Assembly: GCF_036971445.1 (NCBI RefSeq)
Contig: NC_091478.1
Location: 93,868,001-93,932,000 of the forward strand
From: Narcine bancroftii
Lineage: Eukaryota
Length of the DNA stretch: 64,000 nt
Direction of reading: 5' to 3'
Shown: positions 22,868 through 38,887 of the stretch, piece by piece
How the letters are laid out: every line of letters starts with the position of its first letter
Position numbering within the stretch: position 1 is the stretch's first letter
The notes under the pieces: model-generated
Database searches by the model: none
Told to the model about the DNA's origin: nothing
The model's input: only the letters and a program-made list of their open reading frames with translations
Made by a program: the position numbers and the translations under genes

Positions 22868-24669
22868 GTAATTTGTTTTTTTTCCTTTCTACGTGAATCT
22901 TCTTCCAAATGTTGAGCAGATGGTGCAGTACTGATGAACTTCTATGTTGCACCAGCTTTTCATCCCACTTATAAAGTATATGCTCTGGTACCTTCTCCCC
23001 TATTTTATCTAACTCTATCCTGGTCCAATCTAGTTTTTCCCTTGTTTGATAAAAATCTGATAGATATCTTAATTGTGCTGCTCTATAGTAATTTATAAAG
23101 TTTGGTAGCTGTAAGCCCCCTTGTTTGTATCATTCTGTTAATTTATCTAGCGCTATCCTCGGTTTCCCCCCCTTTCCATAAGAATTTCCTTATTATTTTC
23201 TTTAGCTCATTGAAGAATTTCTCTGTTAAGGGAATTGGTAACAATTGAAATAGGTATTGTATCCTTGGGAAGATATTCATTTTAATGCAATTTACCCTTC
23301 CTATCAGTCTTAGTGGTAAATCTTTCCAATGTTCTAAGTCATCCTGTAATTTCTTCATTAATGGCTGATAATTTAATTTGTATAGGTGGCCTAAATTATT
23401 ATCTAATCTAATACCTAGGTATCGAATTGCTTGTGTTTGCCATTTAAATGGTGATTCTTTTTTAAACTCTGCGTAATCCGCATTATTCATTGGCATCTCT
23501 TATTATTATTGACGCAGAATCAACTAATCCCTTTCACAATAAATAACCTTTCCTTTAGAGAATGGGAGAGAAAAGGGATTAAAAGAATAGAAAATTGTTT
23601 TTTGGGAAATAATTTATTATCTTTTAAACAAATGAAGTACAAATATGGTATAACTCACGGTACAATGTTTGCATACAAACATTAGGGAAACCTACTTGGA
23701 GGACAAATTGGGAAGCAGGCTAAGGTTACCGGAAGGAAGCAGCTTTGAATATGTGATTACAGACACAATGATAATTAAAAGATTTATAACAAACATGTAC
23801 ATCAAGCTTCAAGAGAAAGAGAACGATGAAATAAGCTGTAAACCCAAACAAAAGTGGGAACAAGATCTAAACATAAAGATAAAAAATGAAAAAAGCTATG
23901 CTCCGCAACTATGAGAAATACAATAAACGTGAGGTTACGCATGATACAATATAATTGGTTACACAGGCTATACACTACGCCCCAAAAGTTAAATAAATGG
24001 GACCCAACAGTATCAGATAGATGTTTCCGCTGTAAGAAACGGGAACAACAATATCAATTTGGGCATGTGAGAAAGTGGAAAAGTTTTGGGAAGATCTAAA
24101 TCAGGTATTAAATAAAATCATAAAAATCCAGAGATCTAGTTAAGAACTAGGCCTCAATTTGGCTGAAGCACAAAAAAGATTTATTATGATAGCCTTAGTT
24201 GTAGCAAAAAAATGTATAATGTCAACCTGGAAATCAGAAGAAAGCCTGAGAGTACAGCAATGGTACATAGAAATGAATAAATGTATTCCATTGGAAAAAA
24301 TAACATATAATTTAAGAAATAACATCACAGTATTCGAACAAATTTGGGAACCGTACATGGAACACAACAGAGAGGGCCTACAGCGGTCCTCCACCCCCTA
24401 AATGACAGAATGAGAAGAAGACAAAATGAACTGACCCAGTTTGTAAAAGTAGATGACACAATTTTCTTGTTTATTTTCATTGCGTGATGACATTGTTTAA
24501 TGGGTTTATTGCATTGTATATGTTGAACGTTTAGTGGGTAGGGAGGGGGGTGGGAAGGAGGGAGTGAGGGGGGGAAGGGGAGAAAATGACACTATATTCA
24601 AGAGGGAAATGTTTGTGTGTATTTTGGTTAATATGGTTCATAGTGTGAAAAATTTTAAAAAATTAAAAA
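22868..24669 (+). mobile_element. 5'-truncated, 5'-inverted L1 inserted in a CR1
   Basis: TSD AAGAAAGAGGATGTG (22853-22867 and 24670-24684); minus-strand ORF2 part (YLGIRL...RVNCIKMNIFPRIQYLFQ) at 22868-23496; plus-strand ORF2 C-terminus (QYNWLHRLY...CFRC, IPLEKITY) and 3'UTR. Confidence 0.9.
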
Positions 24670-24684
24670 AAGAAAGAGGATGTG

Positions 24685-25815
24685 TTGGAGCTTTGAAGTT
24701 AGATAAATCAGCAAGACCAGATGAGAATTACCCAAGGCTACTATGGTAAATGAGGAAAGAGATCGCTGAGCTACTAGGGACAGGAGAAGCACCAGAGGAT
24801 TGGAGGATTGCAGATGTTCTCCTGTTCATGAAAGGGAGGAGAGATAACCCAAGAAATTATAAACCAGTGAGTCTTAGGAAAGTGTTGGAGAAGATCCTGA
24901 AAGATAAGATTTACAAGCATTTAGAGAGATGTAATCCGATTAGGGAAAGTCAGCATGGTTTCTTTCGGAGAAGGTCTTGTCTCATTGTGTTCTGCCTGGA
25001 GGCTGGTGACTAGTGGTGTTCCACAGGGATCTGTTCTGGGACCCCTCCTCTTAGTGATTTTTTATAAATGACCTGAATGAGGAAGTGTAGGTTAGTAAGT
25101 TTGCAGAAGACACAAAAAAAGTGGGTTGTAGATAGTCTGGAGGATTGCCAGAGGTTACAAAGGGACATTTATAGGATGCAGAGCTGGGCTGAGAAATGGC
25201 AGGTGGAGTTTGAAGTGGTTCATTTCAGTAGATCATTTGAAAACTGAATACACAGGTTGATAGCATTAATAAGAAGTTGGCCTTTATAAACTGTAGGATC
25301 GAGTTCAAGAGCTGTGAGGCAATGCTACAGCTATACAAACCTTGGTTAGACCCTACTTGGAATATTGTGTTCAATTCTGGTCACTTCATCACAGAAAAGA
25401 CGTGGATGCTTGACAGAGGATATTTACAAGGGTGCTGTCTGGATGGGAGAGCATGCCTTTTCAGGACGGGTTGAGTGAACTTGGTCTTTACTCCGTGGAT
25501 CAAGAGAGGAGGATCGAGATGTGCAGAGTGATGAGAGGCGTTGATCGAGTGGATGGCCAGAGGCTTTTGTCCAAGGCTGAAATGGGTAACACAGGGTGGG
25601 GGAGGGGTGGATATAAGATGTCAGAGGAGCGAGGTGGGTGCATGGAATGTGCTGCTACCAACTGTGGTGAGGCAGGTGCAGTCAGATATTGTCGGAGACT
25701 ATTAGGTACATGGAAGGGAGAAAAACGGAGGGTGATGCAGTAGGGAAATTCTAGGGAGTTGTTAGGAGTAAGTTATTAGGTCGGCACCACACTGTGGGCT
25801 GAAGGGCCTGTATGA
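24685..25815 (+). mobile_element. Decayed CR1 ORF2 3' part; its 5' part lies at ~22420-22867, interrupted by the L1
   Basis: PEDWRIADV..KGRRDNPRNYKPVSL, ESQHGF, CR1 3' tail GGGCTGAAGGGCCTG. Confidence 0.8.
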
Positions 25816-25829
25816 TCTTAACACGTCCA

Positions 25830-26810
25830 CGCACGAATAGCGGAATGGCCTTGCTGGATAGCACACATTCCAAACCTTTTCTCCGCACCTCGGCAGACGG
25901 GACAATGACCTTTACTCGCCGCTCTTTCTTTCTGTGACCCTGGGGGATTTATCCTCCTTGACATCTAAGGCTTCCGCTTTTGGATGGTTCCAGTAGGTCA
26001 ACTTCACTCCCTAAAATCGTAAATTCTATGATCGCCCTTAGTGATCCGCGGGGAGAAATGCTGCGCCTTCTTGCTCTCTCTCTCCCCCTCTGTACAACGG
26101 GTTTATAGAAGTGCTTGCACCTTTTACAATTGCTGTTACTGCGTCTCCGCCCGGTATTACAGCTTCACACACCATCTCTCTCTGTTCCAGCCGCTTCTGC
26201 GCTGCATCCCTGCGCTGCACCTTTTGTGTTACTGCAGCGTGTCGGTCAGCTCTTTCCCACACACGGTTTGTCTCTCCATTACTGGAGTGTCTATTGTACA
26301 AAGTTCACAGCACGGAAAGGCCAGTCTGCGCTGTTCATCCCACCTCGCACTCGGTCCATTTCAGGCATCACCCATCCCCTCGTTGCGGAAAACTGCCCCC
26401 TCTCTCTCCCTCACCTTTTCTCCTTGTGCCACGACCTGGCTCTTTGCCCCTGGTTCCTGAGCCGGGTAGTAAAGACCGCAGCGTGTCTCCGCCGGAATAC
26501 CTGCGGGCAAACCCCTGGGCTGGTCCTCCTGCCTCGCCCCTGAAGCTGCACCGAGTCAGCCTGGCGACCCTACTGCTCCACGCCCTCTCGCATTCCAGTT
26601 CCCAGCCCCGAGTGCGCAGCGCAGCAACTTCTCCCCCGAAACGGTGAATCCTTCACCTCGCCACCTCCTGCCCCCAAACTGAACCCAACCCGAAGAGGCG
26701 GGGAGGGACCGCGAAAGGAGCGAGTCAGGGACGAGAGAATTCGTCAGGGAGGGAGAGTGTCGGCATCTACGTTCACCGAGTTGCGTTGGGAAGAAATAGC
26801 GGCGTGGAGT
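25830..26810 (-). promoter_or_regulatory. CpG-rich region, probable HAS3 promoter and non-coding exon 1
   Basis: Locally high CpG density in a CpG-depleted background, GC-box-like GAGGCGGGGAGG near 26695, located between the TANGO6 stop and the HAS3 ATG exon. Confidence 0.55.
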
Positions 26811-28410
26811 CCTTGTTACACAATAGAGGAGGGTCATCCGTTTCTCGGAGAAAATCAATTCCACCCCCCAGAACTACCAGCCCTTTATGCGTTTATTCTC
26901 TGGATTACCAGTGCTTGCAGAGTAAAAGAAACTGTACCGGTACAACCGGCAATAAATACATCGACAATACTCAGGTGCCAGGGTGGTCAGGGGTGGGGTC
27001 CAGGCCTGTATCTGAGGGGGGGTGTGAACATGTGTGTTGATTTTTCTGTTTGAAAATAAAAGCAGAAGGTACAATGTGTAGCAAAAAGTTGTTTTTTGGT
27101 GCTCAATATGTAGCTTTGAAAAAGGAAGAAATAGTAGCGTGAGGAGAATGGAGATTTTGCAAGATGACTGGATTAAAGGGCAAGTTTGGATAGGATGGTC
27201 TTATTTTCCCTGGAGTGAAGGAGGCAGAGGGATGAACTGATAGGGTAGACAGTGAAAATCTTTTGCCCCAGGATAGGGGTTAAAATTAAAATGAGGGAGA
27301 TTTAAAGAGTTTTTCTTTACACAGAGTGGTTGAGATCTGGAATACGCGCTTGAGGGTGGAGGAATCGGATACAATCACTAAATTTTATAAACATTGACAC
27401 AAACACTCGAGTTGACAAGGCATAGAACGAGATGGTTCTTAATTAGAAAAAGTGATTGGCGTAAATGGGCAAAATAGGCATGATGGGCTACCTCTCTACT
27501 GTACAACTTTATAACAATGTTTATCTCAGTGGTTTAGTAACTGAACTAAATTCTCACTGGCACCTCATAATGTGCCTGTGTATTGAACAAGAGGTCACCA
27601 CACTTACAGAATCAATCGACACATTCTAATATTTTAAATTCTTTTAGCAAATAGGAAACTGCTTCAAAATTTCTCTCCACCTGATCTTCAGCCCAATCTC
27701 TCAAGGAGTTTTGCAGACTGGTGTGTGGCTCAAAGAGCACGGTGCAGATCACTGGCATCACACAGAATCTGCTGGGAGGAAGCATTGCACCGTTGGCTCG
27801 CTCTAACCTGTTCTCCCCACCTCCAGATTAATATTCTTCATGTTCAAACTTGCCCCATCCATATCTGCTGTTGAAAGGTCAACAGCCACTGTTTCTTGCT
27901 GAAGAGGGTGCAGGAAATATCCAAGTAGTCAATTGACATTCAAGGAAGTCATTTCAGGCTAATAGAAGGATCTCTATAGTTCAACAGTGAAGAGTCAGGG
28001 TCCAGTAAGGTGTCAGTGAACTTGAAGGGTCAGCAGGTTCGCTCCAAGGTCAGGATGTCAGCAACAAACGGGCCAGTCATTGGTGAATTGAGCAGGTCAT
28101 ACATTGCACAGAACAGTGTCACTGAGTGAACACCAGGGGCTTAACACCACAGCCAACAGAGGTCTGGAACATAGAACCTCACATTTCCTCAGTAATCCTA
28201 TAGACCCAACTTCCCACTGCAGCTTCCCAGGCAAGCATGTACACACACGTCCTGCTGCCAGCGAACCAACCCCTCAGTGATACCCTAACACCTTCAGCCT
28301 GCAGAAACTGAACAGCTGGGTGGTACAGCCAAGGTGTTATGTAAAAGCAGCACCAGTCTGCTGCAGCTCTGCCACAGTCCTTGACATCACGGGCATACTG
28401 GAATCCTCTG

Positions 28411-28620
<210 letters not shown>

Positions 28621-30149
28621 TCACAATGCAGAGGGGGAGAGATTAAGGCAAGGGAGGGGTGAGGGGGGCAAAGAAGAAGGGAAAATGAGGGAGGGAGGAG
28701 GTGGAGAAGAGGGACAAAGAAGGCCAAGAGGGGGAGTGAAGGAGGGGAGCAGGGTCTGGTTTCTACCTAGGAACTGGGCTGGAATTTATAGTGGATGATA
28801 TGTTTGCACATTTCTTCATGCAGAGAGGAGCCCTTCCCAGTTACCCTGTCGACAGTGGGAGTAAAAGGGAAGCCCCCACACCCCTGATAAGGTCCTGTTA
28901 AGGGCAGGAAGATCAGACACTACTCCCCTTCACTGATCATTTCCCAAACACACCCAATAGATTTCAGTTACAATTGCAACTGGTGTTGCCTGGAATTACT
29001 TTTATTTAAAAACTGCAGATGCTGGAAATCTGAAATAAACTGAAAATGCTGGAAGCACTCAGGAGATCAGACAGCATCTGTGGATAAAGAAACAGGGTTA
29101 ATTCTTCAGATCTGAGATTCTTTGCCAGACTGCCTGAAGGATCTCAGACCTGCATGGATTTCTCTCTGCATGGATGCTGTATGATCTGCTGAGTGTTTCC
29201 AGCATTTCCTGTTTTATTTTTAGTGCCTCCTGCAGCAGGGGATGGTGCTTGCAAAAATATGATTCAGCAGACGTCATGGCCAATGCTCAGATTTAAACTT
29301 TATCCTTTGAATTTTCCTGCATCATGTACCAGCCTTTCTCACTGTGATAGGCCCAGTTTCAGACTCAGGTGTCATGCACCAAGCTTCCTGACCCAGCTTC
29401 CTGCTCCATCTTCACCTTTCCTGCCATATTGCAGACATGTGGATCAGTAGATTAATGAACCCCAAGAGTAGGTGAGTGGTAAAATCTGGGGAAAGTTGAA
29501 GGTGGGGAAAATAAAATGGGGATTAATAAAGCAAAAATGCAAAATGGGTGGTTATTAGTACAGATTTGGTGGGCTGAAGAACCAGTTTTCCCCTCAGGTC
29601 CCTTTTAAATCTTTCCTCTCCTATCTTAAATCTCTGCCCCGGAAAAAGATTGATTTATTCACCTGATCATTTTATAAACCTCTATCGGGAAAAAAAAATC
29701 TCATCCTAGAACATTACAATGCAGTACAGGACCTTCAGTTTGTGATGTGCCAACCTAACAATCTTTCACTATCTCACACCCATAACCTTTCATTTTTCTT
29801 ACATTCATGTGCCTATCCAAGAGTCTTTTAAATGTCCCTATTGTACCAGCCTGCACCACCACCCCTGGCAATACATTCCAGGCACCCACCACTCTCTGTG
29901 TGAAAAAAAAAAACACATCTTTGACATCTCCTCTAATCAATCCTCTACTCACCTTATGCAGACGTTCTCTGGTATTTGCTATCATTGCCCTGGGAAAAAG
30001 GTGCTGGCTGTTCACCCTATCTAAGCCCCTCACAATCTTGTAGACCTCTGCAAGTCACCTTTCATTCTTCACCCTATCACTCCTAATAAATCAAGCTCTC
30101 CAGTTCCAGCAACATTCCTATGCATCTTTTCTGAACCCTTTCCAGCTTA

Positions 30150-32270
<2,121 letters not shown>

Positions 32271-33119
32271 GTTCTGAACTATAAATTAATTTATCGCAGT
32301 GTGCCACAAAACTAAAAACAGATAATACATATAAAAGGATAGATAAATTTTCACAGCTGAGGTAATGAAAAAAATGTAGTTTCAATTGTGCAAGATCTTT
32401 GGTCTAGGAGTTGTGTTACGGTTCAGATGATACATGGACGTTCAAGAGCCTAATAGAGGTTGGGGGGGGGGGGGGGGGAGGGGGAACTGTTCTTCAACCT
32501 CGAGGATCCAAATAGCCTTCTGTACCTTCTACCTGAAGGTAGAAGCAAAACACATCAATGCCAGGGTGACGATGATCCTTTATGATGTTGGGTGCCTTCT
32601 TGAGGATTTTCAGCATTTTCTGTTTTTATTCTGAATGGCTGATCCTATATTTTGAGACATTGACCCTTGGTTCTATACACCCCAGTCAGGAGACTCATTC
32701 TTCCTGCATCCAACCTAATTAGTACTGTCAGATTTTGAGAGCATTTGAAACTCAAAAATGTCTAGTTCCAAACTGCTTAATATCTTTTCATAGGATTTTT
32801 CAGGATTCCACCTACAACTCACTCCCTCTATCACAAATGTTTTCTTCCCAAGGTAAGGGAGGCTAAACCAGTAACTAACAGTCCAGAAGAAATCTCACCA
32901 GGGGCCTGTCATAGACAAAAGATGTCTTTATTATTGTGTTCAACTTGTTTTGCAATGAAGGATAACATAATATTTGCCTCTATAACTTCTGAACTGGCAT
33001 GTTAACTTTTGATGATTTGTGTTGACCACCAAGTCTGACTTTGAGTAGAAACATTTTTAATCTCTCAAAGTTTTTTTCTGCAGATGCCCTTGTACTTTTC
33101 CACATTATATGTGGAAAAC

Positions 33120-33464
33120 CAGGGTTTTCAAATTGCCCCACTAAACCCACATTCCACCTTAAGCAATGCCTGTCATAAGTGCTCTGTGATTAGTAAATGA
33201 TATGTGAGTGGGTAAAAAAGGTTGAGAACCACTGCTTTAGATCCAATTGTACTGAAATATTTTGTCATTGGCCCATTTCCTTTGGAGTTATGAAACCATG
33301 CACATAATGAGTTAATCAGGTACGATTAAAACAGTGGTTTACAAATCTTTTTCTTTCCACCCACATTCCACTTTAAGCAATCTCTTACTAATCACAGAGC
33401 AGTTATGGTATAGTGATTGCTTAAGGTGGAATGTGAGTTTTGGGGGGCAGTTTGAAAACTACTG
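33120..33464. mobile_element. Non-autonomous DNA transposon (MITE, hAT-like ends)
   Basis: Long inverted arms CAGGGTTTTCAAATTGCCCC...CACATTCCACCTTAAGCAAT / ATTGCTTAAGGTGGAATGTG...GGGGCAGTTTGAAAACTACTG. Confidence 0.75.
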
Positions 33465-33654
33465 ATCCTAACTAATCCTATTTTCCCCATGTTGGATCTG
33501 TATCCACCTATATATTTGCCTTTTAAGTGACTGTATCCAAATCCACCAACACCTCTAGAAATTCATTTCAGATACAAACCACAAAGTAAAAACAAAACAC
33601 CTTTTCCCTCCAATCTCCCTTAAAACTCCTTCCCCTCAACTTAAAACTATACCC

Positions 33655-34245
33655 ATTCATACCACATTTTTGCAAATATGGGCACCATATTTTCCAAAAT
33701 ACCTGATATTTATTTTGTAGACTATAAGTAATCTTCTCAACTGGAATGCAGCCACGAAATTCAACATCCCTAAATCTATGTCCTATTTCCAAGTTACTGC
33801 TAGAAACTGCTAAAACAATTTGTACAAATTCAATTTGATACATAGTTAGTTTCAATTTACCCAACAAAAATAGCATTGGATCCTGTGGGAACTTAACCCC
33901 CATTATTCGTTCCAAAAATATTTCCAACTTCCAGCCAAAAATGTTTAACAAGGACACTTAAGTAGAATGCAAAAATTAATCAATCTCTTGCAAAATGTGG
34001 GTATGAATAGACTCTCCGAAGATCTAATTTCTTGGTAACCTCCACTTATGATAGTTTATTCCGTTAACATTCTCCAGTCCTTCTTTTAATTTTCTTTCTT
34101 TCTTTTTTGGTGGGTTTGGGGAGGGCAGGGGGATTTTGTATACTACATAAATAATTTTTGGAAGTTCTTTTTTTTTTGGAAGTTCTTTATGGAATGAAAT
34201 GTATTTACTATTGTGGTTTAAAAATTGCTAAAAATATTTTAAAAA
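33655..34245 (+). mobile_element. Short 5'-inverted L1 3' end inserted in a CR1
   Basis: TSD AACTTAAA(A/C)CTATACCC (33638-33654 and 34246-34262); minus-strand ORF2 C-terminus (IPVEKITY...KIWCPYL); plus-strand T-rich 3'UTR and A-tail. Confidence 0.8.
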
Positions 34246-34399
34246 AACTTAAACCTATACCCTCCTGCATTTGACACCTTTTCATTACGTACCCTACTTA
34301 TGCATCTCCTAACTGTATATACTGTACATCAGGTAACCTTCCACTTCCTTTACTCCAAGGAAAATAAGGCCAATCTATCCAATTCCTCCACATTATAAA

Positions 34400-35055
34400 C
34401 ACACAAAGCGCTAGAGGAACTCAGCAGGTCAGGCACCATTTGTGGAAAGCAAGACAGTTAATGTTTTTGGATGTAACCCTTCATCAGGAATAGCAAGAGG
34501 CAAGCATTGAGCCAGATAAGAAGACGGAAAGTGGGGGGGTGGGGGAAGGAAGAAGGAGCACAGGCTAGTAGGTGATTGTTGAAAACAGGTAGGAGGGGAA
34601 GAAAAGAAAGGAGGTGAGGTGATAGGGAGGGGGCAGAGAGCTGAGGAAGATGCTCTCTGATGTGAGGAAGGGATAGGGGTGTTGGATGAAGGATGGTATG
34701 GGTGATGGGCCAGCAAGGTGGAGGAGGAGAACAAGAAAAAAGAAGCCATATAGTTGAGGGAAAGTGAAAGGGAGCTAATAAAAACTGGGGGGAGGTTACT
34801 GGAAATTGGAGATTGATATTGATGCTTTCTTTTTGAAGTCTGAGAAGACAAGGCATTTTTCCTCCAATTTGCATGTGCCCTCAACCTGGCAGTGCACGAG
34901 GATATGGACAGACATGTCAGTGTAGGAATGGGATGTGGAATTGTAGTGGTTGGCCACTGGGAGGTCCTTGCTGTTACAGCAGACAGAGTGAAGGTGCTCC
35001 ATGAAGTGATTCCCCCAGTTTGTGTACAGTTCAGTCGAGGAGGCCAGACTAAGAG
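34400..35055 (-). mobile_element. Penelope-like element remnant (GIY-YIG C-terminus plus pyrimidine-rich tail)
   Basis: EHLHSVCCNSKDLPVANHYNSTSHSYTDMSV...KLEEKCLVF; tail containing CCTGATGAAGGG. Confidence 0.75.
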
Positions 35056-35527
35056 CATGGGAAGAGGTTAGGAGAATTTTGTTCTACCAGTGGGTAATGA
35101 ATCTGTAGAAAATGTTGCCACAGACAGCTTTGGAGGCTAAGTCATTAGGTATATTTAACGTAGAGGTTGACAGGTTCTTGATTAGTATGGGTGTCTGTCA
35201 AAGTTTATGGGGAGAAGGCAAGAGAGTGTGTTGGAGGGGAAAGATCCATGAGCTATGATTCGAATGGTGGAGCAATTCTATGGGTCAAATGGTTTAATTC
35301 TGCTCTTATGTCTTGTTTTTTTTTAAATTTTTTATTTTTATGTCTTGTTTTCTTGTGGGACAGAAACAGACACAAAGATATAACAATCCTGAACTGGTAG
35401 AGTTCACATCCTGTTCACCCAACATGCAAATGAATTCAAGAAGCTCCAACCTTCAGATCCATCCATAGAAACTCAATCGCACTATCATATGTTGATAAAG
35501 AGACAAGATTATTCACAACTAACTGAC

Positions 35528-35680
35528 CCAAAGCTCTTGTACTACGCATCAGGACCTCTCCTATCTTCATCCGTGCCTCCACAGATTGTTTTTTCTCAGT
35601 TTCCTCTGGTGATATTTGATATTTGTTGAGTAATTCTGGCAGAATTCGGGCTGGGTACATGTCTGACAGCACTGACACAC
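35528..35680 (-). CDS. TANGO6: TANGO6 exon
   Basis: (G)VSVLSDMYPARILPELLNKY...RMKIGEVLMRSTRAL(G); phase 1-1. Confidence 0.92.
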
Positions 35681-37000
35681 CTGTAGGAGCAGAGTTTACA
35701 ATAGTTTAAACAAATTGTTTAATACATCACACTCAGGGTATGATACTAAGTGGTGTAGAGGAAGAGGCACTTACTCCTTGCTGGGTTCAAAAGATTAAAG
35801 GCCATCTTTTAGCTGAAGAGGTGTAGAACACTGAGGGAAGCTCACTCTGCACCTGACCCATACGTCTACCCAGGAAATGTGTGAAGAGTCACTGAAACAG
35901 AAGTTTGACTTTGTATCTAACCCATATATTTGCAGATGATATGAAGTAATGGGGGTGTTGTGGAAACTACAGAAAGATGTGCAGACGATATGAAGATTGG
36001 AGGTGTTGTGGATAAGTGTAGAAAGTTGTCATAGGTTACAACAGGACATGCACAGAGAACATTGAGTGCCTGGAGTCCATTGTCATGGATGGTGGTGGAA
36101 GCTAATATAATAGGTACATTTATAAGACTCTGAGATAGGCACATGGAGGTAAGAAAAAGAGGGTTGTGAATGTGAGGTAGGTAAGGGTTAGATTGTTATG
36201 GAGTAGGTTTACACAGGTTGTGGGCTGAAGGGCCTTTATGGAACTGTACTGTTCTAAATCCCTGCTGTAATGAGAGAGTGACATAGCTGTACTCTGTACC
36301 CAAGTCTACAGCAGATGAAGGGACACCGAACAGCATACCTTCCCGCAGATGCTGACTTGCTGATTTCAATTTCTGAAAATAAAGTCATTCTACCTTAACT
36401 TTGATCAATACAAGATTCGCAAACATTAAAAAAAAAAGAAAATTTCATCAGTGAATATGAAGATAATCATAAGTGGTTCATTTATGTTTCATTAATCACA
36501 AAAAACAGTGGTTATTCCCAAATACTTAGAAAAACAAAATGCAAATTTGGACTTGTTGAGACTTGGAGATTGGAGCGAACTGCATTCACATTTACAGGAA
36601 AATTTTATCACTGCAGGAAATAATCTACAGGTCATCAAGTTACTTTGAGGACTGGTTATATGCACCTAGATTTATTCCAAGTTTAAACGTCATTTTTAAA
36701 ATGTTAAAAGGGTTTAATTAGCACAGGTAGAAAATAATTCTTTCTTGAACTAGTTATTTAAATAGAAAGTTAGAGACAGGCCATGGGACTTCCACAAAGT
36801 CTCTATACATTAGGTACATACTAGTAATGATCTTGTTGAATGACAGATGGGCTTAAGGGGTAGAAAGGTCAGCTCCTTTAAAATGTTTGGATAGCAAAAG
36901 ACAACTGTTTAAGGTGAGTAGAGGAAGTTTAGGAGAGATGTCAATGTAACTTGATCAGCATGGATAGGTTGGGCCAAAAGGCTGTTTCGGAGCTGTTTAA

Positions 37001-37075
37001 ATCCATGATCTGAGAGGAAATTAATCATCCATGATCTGAGAGGAAATTAATCATCCATGATCTGAGAGGAAATTA
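37001..37075 (+). repeat. Tandem repeat, 26-bp unit, about 3 copies
   Basis: ATCCATGATCTGAGAGGAAATTAATC repeated. Confidence 0.9.
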
Positions 37076-37569
37076 TTCAGAGGCACATAAGGAACATGGG
37101 AGGATGACAGGAGGGTGGAAATCATAGCAATGCTATTTGCTTTCCTTCCTCCAACCACTGCCTATCAGGGTAGGCAAGTGGTCTGTAACCATAATAAGCC
37201 CATGGACCCTACAGCTATTTTGACCACTGTTTTCTTTAAAGACTCCAATCCTTTCATCCAGTTTCACCTCCTTCATTGCATCTGTACTGATGTCACTCCA
37301 CCCAATGGGTTTCCTTTCCTCCTGAATCAAGGGTTGGCACCCTACGCATTGAAAGGGTGATCCTTTTCCAGCATGGACGCTCTACTTTCTCTGTTCACAT
37401 TCACAGTCCTTTCCCCCCCCCCCCACCCCACTTCAACCTCACCGGTTGTTATATCCAAAGGATCATCCTCTACAATTCCAGGTTTCACAATGAGTTCCAT
37501 TTCCAGTAATATCTTTCTCTCATCTCTATTTGTGTACAGCACTTGACCATAGATGTAGATTTTTTTAAA

Positions 37570-37805
37570 AAACATACAGCACGGTAACAGGTTCTTCTGG
37601 GTAATGAGCCCAGGGTCGCTCAATTACACCTCATTAACCTACAACCCTACATTTTGGAGGGTGGGAGAAAACCGGAGCACCCAGAGGAAATCCACACAGT
37701 CACAAGGAGAACATACAAACACCTTACAGACAGGGCCAAATATGAACCCAGGTTGCCAGCACTGGAATAGCATTTTGATAACTACTACCCTAACTGTGCT
37801 GCCCT
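37570..37805 (-). mobile_element. V-SINE-like SINE
   Basis: Core GGAAATCCACACAGTCACAAGGAGAACATACAAAC, same family as 22191. Confidence 0.7.
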
Positions 37806-38791
37806 TATTAAAGATATTTTAAAAATTTCATCAAGCTGCCTTCGTCGATGCTCATTTTCATTACAAATATACTTAAAACCCTCTGGTATTCGATACAGGT
37901 CAATGCAGGTGTTACAGCTCATCCCACACACGGGGGCATTTGCCTTGAAGCAACGATGTGGCATTGACTCACTGTTCACACTCTGGAGAATGATGCAATG
38001 TGTAATATCACTGACATCCAGTCCCAATATCACGAAATATGCAGTAACCTTGAATGAAAACTCAGTAGTCTTATCTGATAACCTGAACTAAGGAAGCTGG
38101 TCCTGGCAGGAGCTTTTACTCAGTCATCATGAATGCCCCAAAGGATCCTTGTGCAATTCATGCCTGGATATGCCCTGACAAAGCTTGTTCAAATTGGGCA
38201 TCATGATCAACTCAATCCTCATTTTAACTTCACAATCTCCAAAGATTCTATGACCCGTGCTGCAATCATCTTTGTCAAAAGGTTATGATTTCTGGAGAAA
38301 CGCTGATGTTGGAATTCTGAGCAAAGAGGAAACCTTCAAAATGGACAAAATTCTCTCCATGGGTGCTGCCTGATCTGCTGAGTCCCTCCCTCATCTTTGT
38401 TCTGATTTTCACTGTGGGAAAGCTCCATGAATTCAGAATTCAATATCAATTGGACAGCATTTAAAAACAATAAACCATTAAGCCAGCAAAGCTTTGTTGA
38501 GGGCAAGCCACATGGAAAATGTGAATGGCCTTCAGGAGGGTATTACATGTGGTTTAAGAAACAAATGAGGTGTATTGTTTAAAGATGAGTGATGGCCAAT
38601 TTAGAGCCAAGGCAAACTTGGAGCAGAGCAAGGAAGGAGAAAGTGACCATGGTGGTGCTCTGGTTGTCAATGTGGGATTTATACGAACCAGGGCATCCAG
38701 ACTTCAGGTTGGAGCATCACATGGGAGGTACCTAATGGATGTGATACCTGCAGTAACAAGGGCATTGGATTGTCTTATAGTTGCAGAACTA

Positions 38792-38887
<96 letters not shown>

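Noticed and set aside
26038-27074. Overlapping 100-180 aa ORFs
   Set aside because: Typical of GC-rich promoter DNA; no recognisable domains
37001-37075. CRISPR-like array
   Set aside because: Head-to-tail repeats with no spacers, in a eukaryotic context
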